DNA of 29,011 nt from Candidatus Binatia bacterium (GCA_963666315.2 CAXXHG010000045.1:1-29011); one strand, 5' to 3'; positions 8,095 through 16,503 are shown, counted from the first letter of the stretch. Made by a program: numbers and translations. Notes: generated by a model not told the origin, from the sequence alone.

Positions 8095-8248
8095 GAGCCA
8101 CTAACAAAACTCCGTCTTGTCCCGTAAGCCTGGATACCTGCTTTCGCAGGTATGACACAAAAAGAACTGTCATTCCCGTGGAAACGGGAATCCAGGGGGA
8201 GGGGCTGGCGCGCTAACAACGTACTCCAACCAGTTTTGTTAGGCGTTC
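8095..8248. mobile_element. 154-bp MITE with IS5-family (IS1031-like) ends
   Basis: Left end GAGCCACTAACAAAACT matches the reverse complement of the right end, GAACGCCTAACAAAACT, at 14/17. It is flanked by TAA direct repeats (8092-8094, 8249-8251) and encodes no transposase. Confidence 0.65.
8129..8196. repeat. Inverted doublet of GTCATTCCCG...GGGAATCCA-type REP palindromes
   Basis: Copy 1 (8129-8157, reverse complement TGTCATACCTGCGAAAGCAGGTATCCAGG) and copy 2 (8168-8196, TGTCATTCCCGTGGAAACGGGAATCCAGG). Each is a hairpin, with compensatory stem changes between them. Confidence 0.85.
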
Positions 8249-8270
8249 TAAGCGCCAACCGTACCACCTC

Positions 8271-10505
8271 ATGCAACGCCAACAGCACTGGCCCCTCTCT
8301 CTTATCTTAAAACAGGTTCTCCTCTTTTCATTCTTGCCACTGCTGCCCCTTCTCCTGCTCTTCCGTACCCCTCCTCTTTGGGCCCAAGGGGCACAAGAAA
8401 GTGCTAGTCGGCCTACACAAGACACTCAACCAATCAGACCAGAGTCACCCCCTGCCTCGGAGGAGCTTCCCTCAGAGGAGGCTCTCCAACCAGCGTCGCC
8501 TGAGATACGAACATCGGTCTCCCCGGCAGTATTTCTGCAGGGATATCAGGCTTTTCAGAAAAAGGACTGGCCGGCGGCTGCGACAGCCTTTGCACTAGCA
8601 CTACAAGAAGAAGGGGCCATCCTAGCAGACTACAGCCGCTATTATCTGGCTACGGTGCACCTCAATGCCGGACGGTCTGCTGAGGCCGGCAGCGCCTTGC
8701 AGGACTTGCTGCAGGACTATCCGACTACCGTGTGGCAAAGCGAGGCAGCTTTGGCATTAGCCAACCTGGCCGTTGCGCAAAACAAATGGCAGCAGGTTAT
8801 TCGCTCGGCTACTCAAGCCCTGAGGGCTGCGCTTGCTACTGATGCGACTCGCAACATGGCGCGGCTGCTCATCGCGCAAGCCGTCCAACGCCTGGGGCAT
8901 GTGGATAAGGCGTTTACACGCTACCAACAACTCCGCTCTACACTGCCTCGGTCACCCATAGGCCTAACGGCAAAAGAGAACGTAGCAAAGCTTCGTGTCA
9001 GCCACCCACACCGCTTTGGTCTGAAGACGGATAGAGCGTATTACAATGAGGTCAAGCTTTTGCTCAAAGAGGGCGACGTTCCAAAGGCTGAGGCCCTGGC
9101 TGAGCAGTTCAATACCCGGTTTTCAAACAGCGCCTTGCGGCCGGCGGTTCTTTTGCTCCAGGCCGGAATCTATAAGAGCCAAGGGCGCGCTGATGCGGCA
9201 GTTGCGCACTGGCAACAGATTGTTGAGCGCTATCCGAAAACATCCTCAGCTCCGAGAGCACTGTATCGATGGGCGCAATTCTTCTGGAACCGGGATCAAG
9301 ATGAGACAGCGCTGCCGTTGTTTGAGCGTTTGACCCAGGTTTATCCGCGCCACGCCCTAGCGGCCAAGGCGTGGTATGCCATCGGTCGGATTTTTCAAGA
9401 TCAGCAAGATCAACAAGACCAGCAGGCCCACGCCCGTGCAGCTTCCGCCTATCAGCAGCTTATCCAGCATTTCTCATGTGGGTCACTTGTGCGTAAAGCC
9501 CACTGGCGGCTCGGCTGGATGGCCTATCAACGCGGCGACTATGAACACGCCCGCAAGATCTTCCGCACGCTCGCCCGGTCTGCGCCAGGCACGGCTGAAG
9601 GCGGCAGTGCATTGTACTGGCAAGCCCGCGCCGCCGACCGAGCAGGTCAGCGCGAAGAGGCGAAGCAAGGCTATCGTCGTCTGCTGCGTCGGTATCCATA
9701 TGGCTATTATGCCCTCTGGGCGGAAAGACGCCTCGGCATTACGCCCGCAGCCTTGATCATCCATCCACTGCAGCCCAGACGGCCCCCGCCATTGTCAGCC
9801 GCCCAGGCTACCCACTATCAACGCTGCACCGTCCTGGCCGAGCTTGGTTTGTTCGACCAGGCTCGGCGAGAACTCGATTGGATACGGCAAAAAGCCCCCA
9901 AGGGTGCCACGTGGGCTCGCTTCTTACTGTCCGAGTATAGCCGCCTGAACGGCCATACGACTGCGTTTCAGCTAGCCCGGACACTGCAGGTGGGGAGTCC
10001 GCTCAAGCAAGTCTACTCCTATCCTCAAGCATATTGGGATCTTGTGAGTGCCCAGGCGCAGCAGCACGATCTCGATCCCTACCTTGTTGTTTCGCTGATC
10101 CGTCAGGAGAGTCTGTTTAACCCAACGGCGGTATCGCCCGCAAATGCGTACGGGCTCATGCAACTGCTGCCAACAACGGCAGCCGGGCTGACGTCCATGC
10201 CGCTGAACGGAGTCAGCCCTCTGACCGATCCGGAATTGAATATTACTCTTGGCACGACCTATTTGCGCCAGCTGCTCGATCGCTATAATGACAGCGTCAT
10301 CCTGGCCTTGGGCGCGTATAATGCGGGCGAAAAGGCTGCCGACAAATGGCAGGCCCGCTCTGGCAATTTAGAGCCGGATGAGTTTATCGAGAGCATTAGT
10401 TATCGAGAGACGCGCAAATATGTGAAGCTGGTTTTGCGCACCTATCGGACGTATGTGCGCTTATACGGCAACGGAGAAACGACTCTGGATATCAGTTTAC
10501 CTTAG
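8271..10505 (+). CDS. slt: Soluble lytic murein transglycosylase (Slt family) with N-terminal TPR repeats
   Basis: Signal peptide; many TPR-like YPxS/A...A helical repeats; SLT motifs IRQESLFNPTAVSPANAYGLMQLLP, AYNAG and ETRKYV. Confidence 0.92.
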   Translation: MQRQQHWPLSLILKQVLLFSFLPLLPLLLLFRTPPLWAQGAQESASRPTQDTQPIRPESPPASEELPSEEALQPASPEIRTSVSPAVFLQGYQAFQKKDWPAAATAFALALQEEGAILADYSRYYLATVHLNAGRSAEAGSALQDLLQDYPTTVWQSEAALALANLAVAQNKWQQVIRSATQALRAALATDATRNMARLLIAQAVQRLGHVDKAFTRYQQLRSTLPRSPIGLTAKENVAKLRVSHPHRFGLKTDRAYYNEVKLLLKEGDVPKAEALAEQFNTRFSNSALRPAVLLLQAGIYKSQGRADAAVAHWQQIVERYPKTSSAPRALYRWAQFFWNRDQDETALPLFERLTQVYPRHALAAKAWYAIGRIFQDQQDQQDQQAHARAASAYQQLIQHFSCGSLVRKAHWRLGWMAYQRGDYEHARKIFRTLARSAPGTAEGGSALYWQARAADRAGQREEAKQGYRRLLRRYPYGYYALWAERRLGITPAALIIHPLQPRRPPPLSAAQATHYQRCTVLAELGLFDQARRELDWIRQKAPKGATWARFLLSEYSRLNGHTTAFQLARTLQVGSPLKQVYSYPQAYWDLVSAQAQQHDLDPYLVVSLIRQESLFNPTAVSPANAYGLMQLLPTTAAGLTSMPLNGVSPLTDPELNITLGTTYLRQLLDRYNDSVILALGAYNAGEKAADKWQARSGNLEPDEFIESISYRETRKYVKLVLRTYRTYVRLYGNGETTLDISLP

Positions 10506-11938
10506 TCCGTGTGTAACGCAGCCAGCAGTTTGCGCGGCAGCCCACCAAATGCGCCGTTCGACATCACCAATACCACATCGCCGGCTTGGCACTCATCAGT
10601 CAAGAGGGCACAAATCTCCTCAACGCTTTGCCCGGCATACGCATGTTTGCCGCGGACGTGGAGATCAGTCGCAAGCTCTGTCGGCGAGAAGAGCGCTGCG
10701 GGATCAAGGGCATCTTGCGGCTTCGTAAAAACAGGGCCGAGTATCACTCGGTCGGCACGCGCCAGCGCATCGGTCAGTGGCTGCTGAAAGATCCTTCGGC
10801 GGCACGTGTTTGAGCGCGGCTCAAACACTGCCCAGAGACGGCGTTGGGGATAGCGCAGCCGGGCCGCTTCGATCATCACCGTCACCGCCGTTGGATGATG
10901 GGCAAAGTCATCAATAATGGTGATACCGTTTGCCTCGCCAATCAGCTCTTGGCGTCGCTCAACGCCCAGAAAACTGTCTAAGCCAAGCGCAATGTCTTCA
11001 GCCGTTAACCCGAGCATCGATGCCAGCGCGCTGACGCCAAGGGCATTGCGCACATTCATGTGTCCCATGGCCGGACAGGTAAAACGGCCAAATTCCTGCC
11101 GGCCATGTATGACGGTAAAGGCAAGACGACGCCCGTCATCACGCACCTGGTGCGCCTGCCAGTCCGCCTGAGCGTTTAACCCAAATGTGACAAAAGGCTT
11201 CTCTACAGATTGTGCAACATTGAGCGCTTCGGGGGAATCGTTGCAGACGACAATAGGCGCGCCGGACGGCACGATTTCCAACAAGCGGCGGAATGCGGCT
11301 TTGATCTGGGCAAGATCCGCATAGATATCCGCGTGATCAAATTCAATCGCGTTAAGCAGCACCGCTTGGGGTCGATAGTGGAGGAATTTAGGTCCTTTGT
11401 CGAAAAAGGCAGAATCGTATTCATCGCCCTCAATCACAAAATATTCGCCTATTCCTAAGCAATAGCCTTGGCCGAAATTGCGACTGATCCCACCGACAAG
11501 CAAGCCTGGAGCTCGGCCCGCCTGCTCTAACACCCAAGCCAATAGGGCTGTGGACGTGGTCTTGCCATGTGTCCCGGCCACAACCAGCGCACGTTTTCCA
11601 GGCAGAAAGAAATTTCCTACGGCTTGCGGAAAGGACACATACGAGATGTCCGTCTTGAGGAGAGCGACAACCTCAGGGTTAGTGCGAGACACCGCATTCC
11701 CCACCACCACAAGGTCCGGTGGTGGAGAGAGGTTTTCGGCCTGATAGCCTTGGATAACCGGAATACCAGCCTGGGCCAGAAAGTCGCTCATGGGCGGATA
11801 GATGCCCCGATCCGAGCCCGTTATCAGATACGCCTGTGCTTTCAGCATGGCGGCAAGAGTGGCCATACCCGCACCGGCCACAGCAATACAATGGATATGG
11901 CGGACGGTGCTCAAGTCCGGTTCAGACACATGCGGCAT
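10502..11938 (-). CDS. mpl: UDP-MurNAc:L-Ala-gamma-D-Glu-mDAP ligase (murein peptide ligase)
   Basis: YPPMSDFL, VAGTHGKTT, IEGDEYDSAFFDKGPKFLHY, DDFAHHPTA, FEPRSNT and MSNGAFGG are Mpl-type rather than MurC-type. The start is uncertain (ATG 11938 chosen; the ORF is open to 11983). Confidence 0.9.
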   Translation of the reverse strand: MPHVSEPDLSTVRHIHCIAVAGAGMATLAAMLKAQAYLITGSDRGIYPPMSDFLAQAGIPVIQGYQAENLSPPPDLVVVGNAVSRTNPEVVALLKTDISYVSFPQAVGNFFLPGKRALVVAGTHGKTTSTALLAWVLEQAGRAPGLLVGGISRNFGQGYCLGIGEYFVIEGDEYDSAFFDKGPKFLHYRPQAVLLNAIEFDHADIYADLAQIKAAFRRLLEIVPSGAPIVVCNDSPEALNVAQSVEKPFVTFGLNAQADWQAHQVRDDGRRLAFTVIHGRQEFGRFTCPAMGHMNVRNALGVSALASMLGLTAEDIALGLDSFLGVERRQELIGEANGITIIDDFAHHPTAVTVMIEAARLRYPQRRLWAVFEPRSNTCRRRIFQQPLTDALARADRVILGPVFTKPQDALDPAALFSPTELATDLHVRGKHAYAGQSVEEICALLTDECQAGDVVLVMSNGAFGGLPRKLLAALHTD

Positions 11939-11992
11939 AGAAATCCAGGCAAATACAGATCGTGCAGATGCCGTCCGGATCACGAGGCCAGA

Positions 11993-12046
11993 GACGACAC
12001 CTTATCGCCCGACGACACTTCGTCGCCCGACGAGACTCAGTCGGCG
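11993..12046. repeat. Three degenerate 18-bp tandem units
   Basis: GACGACACCTTATCGCCC / GACGACACTTCGTCGCCC / GACGAGACTCAGTCGGCG. The third unit overlaps the serine hydrolase stop codon. Confidence 0.7.
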
Positions 12047-13893
12047 GCATCCTCTCCATTTTGAGTGCGGGAGAGCTGTGCCTGTGTCTCAGCGACTGAC
12101 GGCTGGCTCTCGCTATCCTGCACTTCATCTGCCACGAATTCAGGGTTCGTCCGGAATCGATAGCCGGCGAGAAACGGGTGCAGCTCGGATTGCGACTGCG
12201 CACGCGCTGGACTTGTCAGAGGGCGATTGGGGAGATTGTCCCGAGTTGTTCGTATTACCGAGCTTGGTTCGCTTGGTTGGTCTAGCTCGGCTTGAAGCGG
12301 AGACGCATCTTCAGCCGTCTCAGTCTTCATTTTTTTGGGCGGCCCTTGTTCTGCCGCTTGATCGGTCTTTTGTTCTTCCGCTTGTTCTGCCTCAGGCTCT
12401 ACTTCGGATTCAACGCTCGCTTCAACCGCCATCTCCACTTCCGTTAACGGAATCTGCACTGCAACCGGAATACTGTCTACGCTTTCGGCGGCGTGCTCTT
12501 CCTCTTGCACCTCAGGAGTCGGTTCACTCGCCATCAGCTCTTCCGGCTCAGGGGCTGGAGCTTCGACCGCCGCTGGCGGGGCAGCACTCGCTTCAGCCGA
12601 TATCTCCACTTCCGTCAACGGAATCTGCACTGCAACCGGAATACTGTCTAAGCCTTCGACGGCATGTTCTTCCTGTTTTAACTCAGGAGCCGGTTCACTT
12701 GTCAGCACGTCTTCCGTCTCAGTGGCTGGAGCTTCGACCGGCGCTGGTGGGGCAGCGCGTTCGGCTTTGAGCAAGGTTTGCATGATGGCATTATGGAGTA
12801 CGGGCCGGAAGGCTTGAATCTTGTCATTCTTACGCCGTGGATGGACACGGTTACTCAGCATGATGACATGAATCTGGTGCTCAAGATCAATCCAGATGGA
12901 CGTCCCTGTAAAACCCAAATGCCCAACAGAATGAGGTGAGAACAACTCCCCGGCGCTAGATCCGTGAGGCGACGGGGTATCCCAGCCACAGGCCCAGGTT
13001 GAGTCCGGGACAGTTTCGTCAACCGTCCAGAATTCGCGCAAAATATCGGCAGGCAAAAACGTATGGGCTCCCGCGTGACACTCCACCAAACAGGTCACCA
13101 AGCGATCCACGTCATCAATCGGGGCAAAGAGTCCGGCATGTCCGGCTACCCCACCCATAGCGTAGGCGTTATCGTCATGCACTTCACCGCACAGCATGCG
13201 CTTGCGCCACGAGCTGCGTTCGGTGGGTGCGATCATCTCTGTGGCGACTTCGAGTTTACGCTGCCGCACCACCTCAAGATTAATAAAGCCCGTGGCATCC
13301 ATGCCCAGCGGCCGATAAATTTTCTCCCGGCAATACTGATCCAGGCCCATCCCGCTCATATCTTCCACCAATGCACCCAACAGCAGGAACCCCAGATCAC
13401 TATAGACGACAGCCGTCCCAGGCTCGTTCTCAATCTTTTCACGCTGCAGCTGCGCATACACAAAATCGCGCGCACCCCGCCCGCCCAACGTCACAAGCTT
13501 GCCGAGCTTGCGGTTGAGCTTTCTCAGTTCTTTGTAGTATGGACGCCAGGCCGGCAGCCCGGACGAGTGGGATAAGAGCTGACGCACGGTGATAGGCGTC
13601 TTTCCGTACGTACCAAAATTCGGGAAGAAGCGGCTGATCCGATCATTCAGCCGGACTTTCTTCTCCCGCACAAAGCGCATAATGGCTATGGTCGTAGCCA
13701 ACGGCTTGGTGAGAGAAGCGAGGTCGAAGACAATCTCCTCGTTGAGGGGCGTACGCTCAGGCTCCAGGCTGCGGTAGCCGTGGGCGCGACGATACACCAC
13801 CTCTCCAGCCCGCTTGACTAAGACAACGGCCCCAGGGAATACCCCATCCTGTACCGCCTCTTCCAACACCGCATCGACCGCTGAGAAGTCCAT
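12037..13893 (-). CDS. Beta-lactamase-family serine hydrolase (AmiE-like) with a long acidic low-complexity C-tail
   Basis: FDLASLTK (SxxK), LLSHSSGL, YSDLGF, GEVHDDNA..MGGVAGHAGLF and GHLGFTGTS. No signal peptide; about 240-aa Glu/Pro/Ala-rich tail. Confidence 0.9.
   Translation of the reverse strand: MDFSAVDAVLEEAVQDGVFPGAVVLVKRAGEVVYRRAHGYRSLEPERTPLNEEIVFDLASLTKPLATTIAIMRFVREKKVRLNDRISRFFPNFGTYGKTPITVRQLLSHSSGLPAWRPYYKELRKLNRKLGKLVTLGGRGARDFVYAQLQREKIENEPGTAVVYSDLGFLLLGALVEDMSGMGLDQYCREKIYRPLGMDATGFINLEVVRQRKLEVATEMIAPTERSSWRKRMLCGEVHDDNAYAMGGVAGHAGLFAPIDDVDRLVTCLVECHAGAHTFLPADILREFWTVDETVPDSTWACGWDTPSPHGSSAGELFSPHSVGHLGFTGTSIWIDLEHQIHVIMLSNRVHPRRKNDKIQAFRPVLHNAIMQTLLKAERAAPPAPVEAPATETEDVLTSEPAPELKQEEHAVEGLDSIPVAVQIPLTEVEISAEASAAPPAAVEAPAPEPEELMASEPTPEVQEEEHAAESVDSIPVAVQIPLTEVEMAVEASVESEVEPEAEQAEEQKTDQAAEQGPPKKMKTETAEDASPLQAELDQPSEPSSVIRTTRDNLPNRPLTSPARAQSQSELHPFLAGYRFRTNPEFVADEVQDSESQPSVAETQAQLSRTQNGEDAAD
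12416..12756. repeat. 171-bp (57-aa) tandem duplication in the hydrolase tail
   Basis: APPAPVEAPA...DSIPVAVQIPLTEVEISAEASA and APPAAVEAPA...DSIPVAVQIPLTEVEMAVEASV; the DNA offset is exactly 171 nt. Confidence 0.92.
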
Positions 13894-13910
13894 CTTCTCC
13901 CTCCTCCCGC

Positions 13911-14825
13911 TTACGTCACTGCCGCCTCCAGGAAATCAAACTGCTTTTTTTCCGTATCGAGCCGGACGCGAGTGCCCAGTGGAAGGGCCAGATTCTCTCC
14001 TCCATGCCCGGCCGGCAGACCAAACCCAACTGGATAGGTATAGTCTGCAAACGCATCGGCAATAACGGACAGGAGCAAAGCCGGATCATCCCCCTCCCCC
14101 CAGCACCCAGGCATATCACCAAACACAACTCCCGCGAGATGCTCAAGCAGACCTGCCTGCTTGAGCTGAGTGAGCATTCGGTCAATACGATACGGCTTTT
14201 CGTCAATATCTTCAAGGAACAAAATCGCTCCAGCTGGATCAAAAGCAAATGGCGTCCCGAGTGTTGTAGTGAGGACGGATAAACAGCCCCCCAGCAATTG
14301 CCCTTCGGCCACTCCGGACTGAAGAGTCATGGGAAACACAAGCCGTTCCTCGCCCATACCACCGGCCAGGAGGTCGAAGAGGTGCGCTTTGGAGCGCGGC
14401 GAGAGGCCTGCGGCAAATCCACCGGCCACAAGCGGGCCATGAAAACAGACCAACCCGGCCCGGACAAAGGCGTTCAGGAGCAACGTGGCATCACTATACC
14501 CCAGAAAAACTTTGGGCTGTCGGCTGAGGACCGAAAAGTCAAGCAGCGGCAAAATACGACCCGATCCATACCCGGCCCGACTACAAAAGACGGCGCGTAT
14601 GGCAGGATCTGCAAACATGGCAGTCACTTCATCGGCGCGTTCCTGATCCGTACCCGCAAAAAAACGTTCACGTTTGAGCGTGGACTGTCCCACCTGCACA
14701 GAAAATCCGTATTGTCTGAGCGCGGCACAGCCCTGATCGAGCTTTTCCGCTTGTACCGCAGCAGCCGGCGATACGATCCCGATGCGGTCGCCCGGCTGCA
14801 GTCTGGGAGGTTTGTGTATAGACAT
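13911..14825 (-). CDS. ldcA: LD-carboxypeptidase (peptidase S66)
   Basis: PGDRIGIVSPA, RAGYGSGR, GYSD (catalytic Ser), FLEDIDEKPYRIDRML (Glu) and GHG (His). Confidence 0.93.
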   Translation of the reverse strand: MSIHKPPRLQPGDRIGIVSPAAAVQAEKLDQGCAALRQYGFSVQVGQSTLKRERFFAGTDQERADEVTAMFADPAIRAVFCSRAGYGSGRILPLLDFSVLSRQPKVFLGYSDATLLLNAFVRAGLVCFHGPLVAGGFAAGLSPRSKAHLFDLLAGGMGEERLVFPMTLQSGVAEGQLLGGCLSVLTTTLGTPFAFDPAGAILFLEDIDEKPYRIDRMLTQLKQAGLLEHLAGVVFGDMPGCWGEGDDPALLLSVIADAFADYTYPVGFGLPAGHGGENLALPLGTRVRLDTEKKQFDFLEAAVT

Positions 14826-14828
14826 TTT

Positions 14829-15965
14829 TTACGGGGCGCCAAAGAAGCGCTTTTTGTCCGCGGCGGCGCGGTCTTCATAGTCCCGTTCCAATAACGCGCT
14901 CGGCACGTAGAGCGGTTCGATTCGTTTGCGCGTCTCCCAGACTTGCTCACACGCAGTCACCAAGTGTTGCAATTGTTCCGGGAAGAGTCCTTGAAAACCA
15001 TCCGACTTGGCGATCAACGGATTCGGATGGACTTCGACAAGCACCACAGAAGCACCCGCCATCACGCCAGCCAGCGTCATGGGGTGAACGAGATCCCGCA
15101 GCCCTGTTCCGTGCGACGCGTCGACCGCGATCGGCAGGCAGGACAACTGATAATGAAAGGCCGCCACTCCGCCCAGATCCAGCGTATTGCGCGTATACTT
15201 ATTCGCACTCATGATGCCCCGTTCACACAGAATAACGTTTTCTTTACCCAGGGCCATGATACGTTCAACCCACAGCAAATACGCTTCCATATCCAACGAA
15301 TTGCCACGTTTATGAATGACCGGCAGCGGCGTGTCACGCATCCGGTTCAGCAAGGCTTGGTTTTTGGCGTTAGGTTCGCCAATTTGCAGGCAGTCTATTC
15401 CGAGGTCTTCGTATAGCGAGACATCGCCCGGATCGAGCACTTCGACCACAGTAGGCAAAGCAAACTCACGGCCGGCTTTGACAATGAGCTTCAGTCCCGT
15501 GCGTAATGCCCCCTCCGAATTCGCCCCTATGCCTTCCCAGCCGCTATAGGGACTGGAGCGGTATTTTACCACCCCGCCACGCAGCGCCCTGCCGCCGGCT
15601 TCTTTGACAATGCGCGCGGCTTCCATAATCTGGGCTTCGCTCTCGACCGAACACGGACCGGCGATAACAGAGACCGTGTCTCCGCCGACTTCGATATTGC
15701 CTATCCGAACCGTTTGATGAATGAGATTGCCAGGGGAACCCTTTTGAGCCACGCGTTTATACGCCCGCGAGATGGGAATCAAACTCTCCACCCCGCCCAT
15801 CTCTTGGACTTCGCCGGTCGGCAGGCGGGTAATATCGCCGTACACGCCAATGAGGGTGATTTCCTCACCGATCATTTTGCCGGTCTTAAAGCCCCAGTCG
15901 TGAAGTTTATTTTCAATAGCGACGACTTCTTCCGCAGTCGCCCGCTTGGTCATTTTCATCAGCAT
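14829..15965 (-). CDS. aroF: Type I-beta DAHP-synthase-like aldolase with an N-terminal ACT-like regulatory domain and atypical substrate motifs
   Basis: IAGPCSVES, LRGG, KRG, CERGI, TRNTLD, DASH and EVHPNP..AKSDG are conserved. KPR(T/S) appears as KYRS and IGARN as IGEPN. The gene symbol is tentative. Confidence 0.82.
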   Translation of the reverse strand: MLMKMTKRATAEEVVAIENKLHDWGFKTGKMIGEEITLIGVYGDITRLPTGEVQEMGGVESLIPISRAYKRVAQKGSPGNLIHQTVRIGNIEVGGDTVSVIAGPCSVESEAQIMEAARIVKEAGGRALRGGVVKYRSSPYSGWEGIGANSEGALRTGLKLIVKAGREFALPTVVEVLDPGDVSLYEDLGIDCLQIGEPNAKNQALLNRMRDTPLPVIHKRGNSLDMEAYLLWVERIMALGKENVILCERGIMSANKYTRNTLDLGGVAAFHYQLSCLPIAVDASHGTGLRDLVHPMTLAGVMAGASVVLVEVHPNPLIAKSDGFQGLFPEQLQHLVTACEQVWETRKRIEPLYVPSALLERDYEDRAAADKKRFFGAP

Positions 15966-15983
15966 AATGACACCTCAACTGCT

Positions 15984-16117
15984 TCTTTCCGAAGAAAGAG
16001 CCTATGAAATACAAAAAAAGACGAACGACTAGTGACAGAGAAAGTATATGCCCCTTAGGGGGCAAAATAGAAGGCGAACGGCAGAAAACAGGGAGGATAT
16101 TACGCCTGCATCGCCAT
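15984..16117 (-). promoter_or_regulatory. Structured leader with a Phe/Tyr-rich micro-ORF (possible degenerate attenuator)
   Basis: 16117->16055 reads MAMQA*YPPCFLPFAFYFAP*. The final TAA lies in the loop of hairpin TGCCCC-ctaa-GGGGCA (16049-16064). There is a U7 run at 16013-16019 and a C(UUCG)G hairpin at 15984-15999 just before the SD. Confidence 0.35.
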
Positions 16118-16179
16118 GATATTCTAATCACTAACGCGTCTTTTGAAACCTTGTCAATAAGCGGCTGTAGTCATGCCCT

Positions 16180-16225
16180 TTGCTATGTAGCAATATTTCT
16201 CATATACTGTGACCATATTTACAGT
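16180..16225 (+). promoter_or_regulatory. Toxin-antitoxin operon promoter with overlapping operator palindromes
   Basis: TTGCTA(16180)-17 nt-TATACT(16203). Palindrome TTGCTA-tg-TAGCAA (16180-16193) overlaps the -35, and ACTGTGA-ccatat-TTACAGT (16206-16225) overlaps -10/+1. Confidence 0.65.
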
Positions 16226-16239
16226 TGTGGCGCCTTCGC

Positions 16240-16503
16240 ATGCGCGCCTCCGTACGCTACCTTAAAGACCATTTAAGCCAGTGCCTGCTTGAAATCCAAC
16301 GAGGGACGGAGATTATTGTGACCTCGTACCGTCGTCCTGTGGCAAAACTCGTTCCGCTCTCTTCCCAGGAAGAAGACGCACAGGAAACACGGGAGACGTT
16401 CTTTGCAGAGCTTACCGCCCTTCGGCTGGATTTACACAAGAGAGTGCGTGGCAAACCGCTGAGTCAAACCGTCGTCGATATACGCAGTGAGGAACGTTTT
16501 TGA
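16240..16503 (+). CDS. vapB: Phd/YefM-family antitoxin
   Basis: MRASVRYLKDHLSQCL..IQRGTEIIVTSYRRPVAKLVP follows the Phd pattern; 4-nt overlap with the toxin gene. Confidence 0.88.
   Translation: MRASVRYLKDHLSQCLLEIQRGTEIIVTSYRRPVAKLVPLSSQEEDAQETRETFFAELTALRLDLHKRVRGKPLSQTVVDIRSEERF

Noticed and set aside
6403-12756. Tandem repeats (9-, 18- and 171-bp) as possible CRISPR arrays
   Set aside because: There are no identical repeats separated by unique spacers and no cas genes; most of these repeats are coding.
11802-12770. 322-aa + strand ORF with an internal repeat
   Set aside because: It is an antisense shadow of the serine hydrolase tail duplication.
16141-16160. TTTTGAAACCTTGTCAATAA as a LuxR- or FNR-type site
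   Set aside because: The TTGA-N7-TCAA spacing fits neither LuxR-type (N8) nor FNR (N6) geometry. It may simply be a -35 TTGACA on the minus strand.
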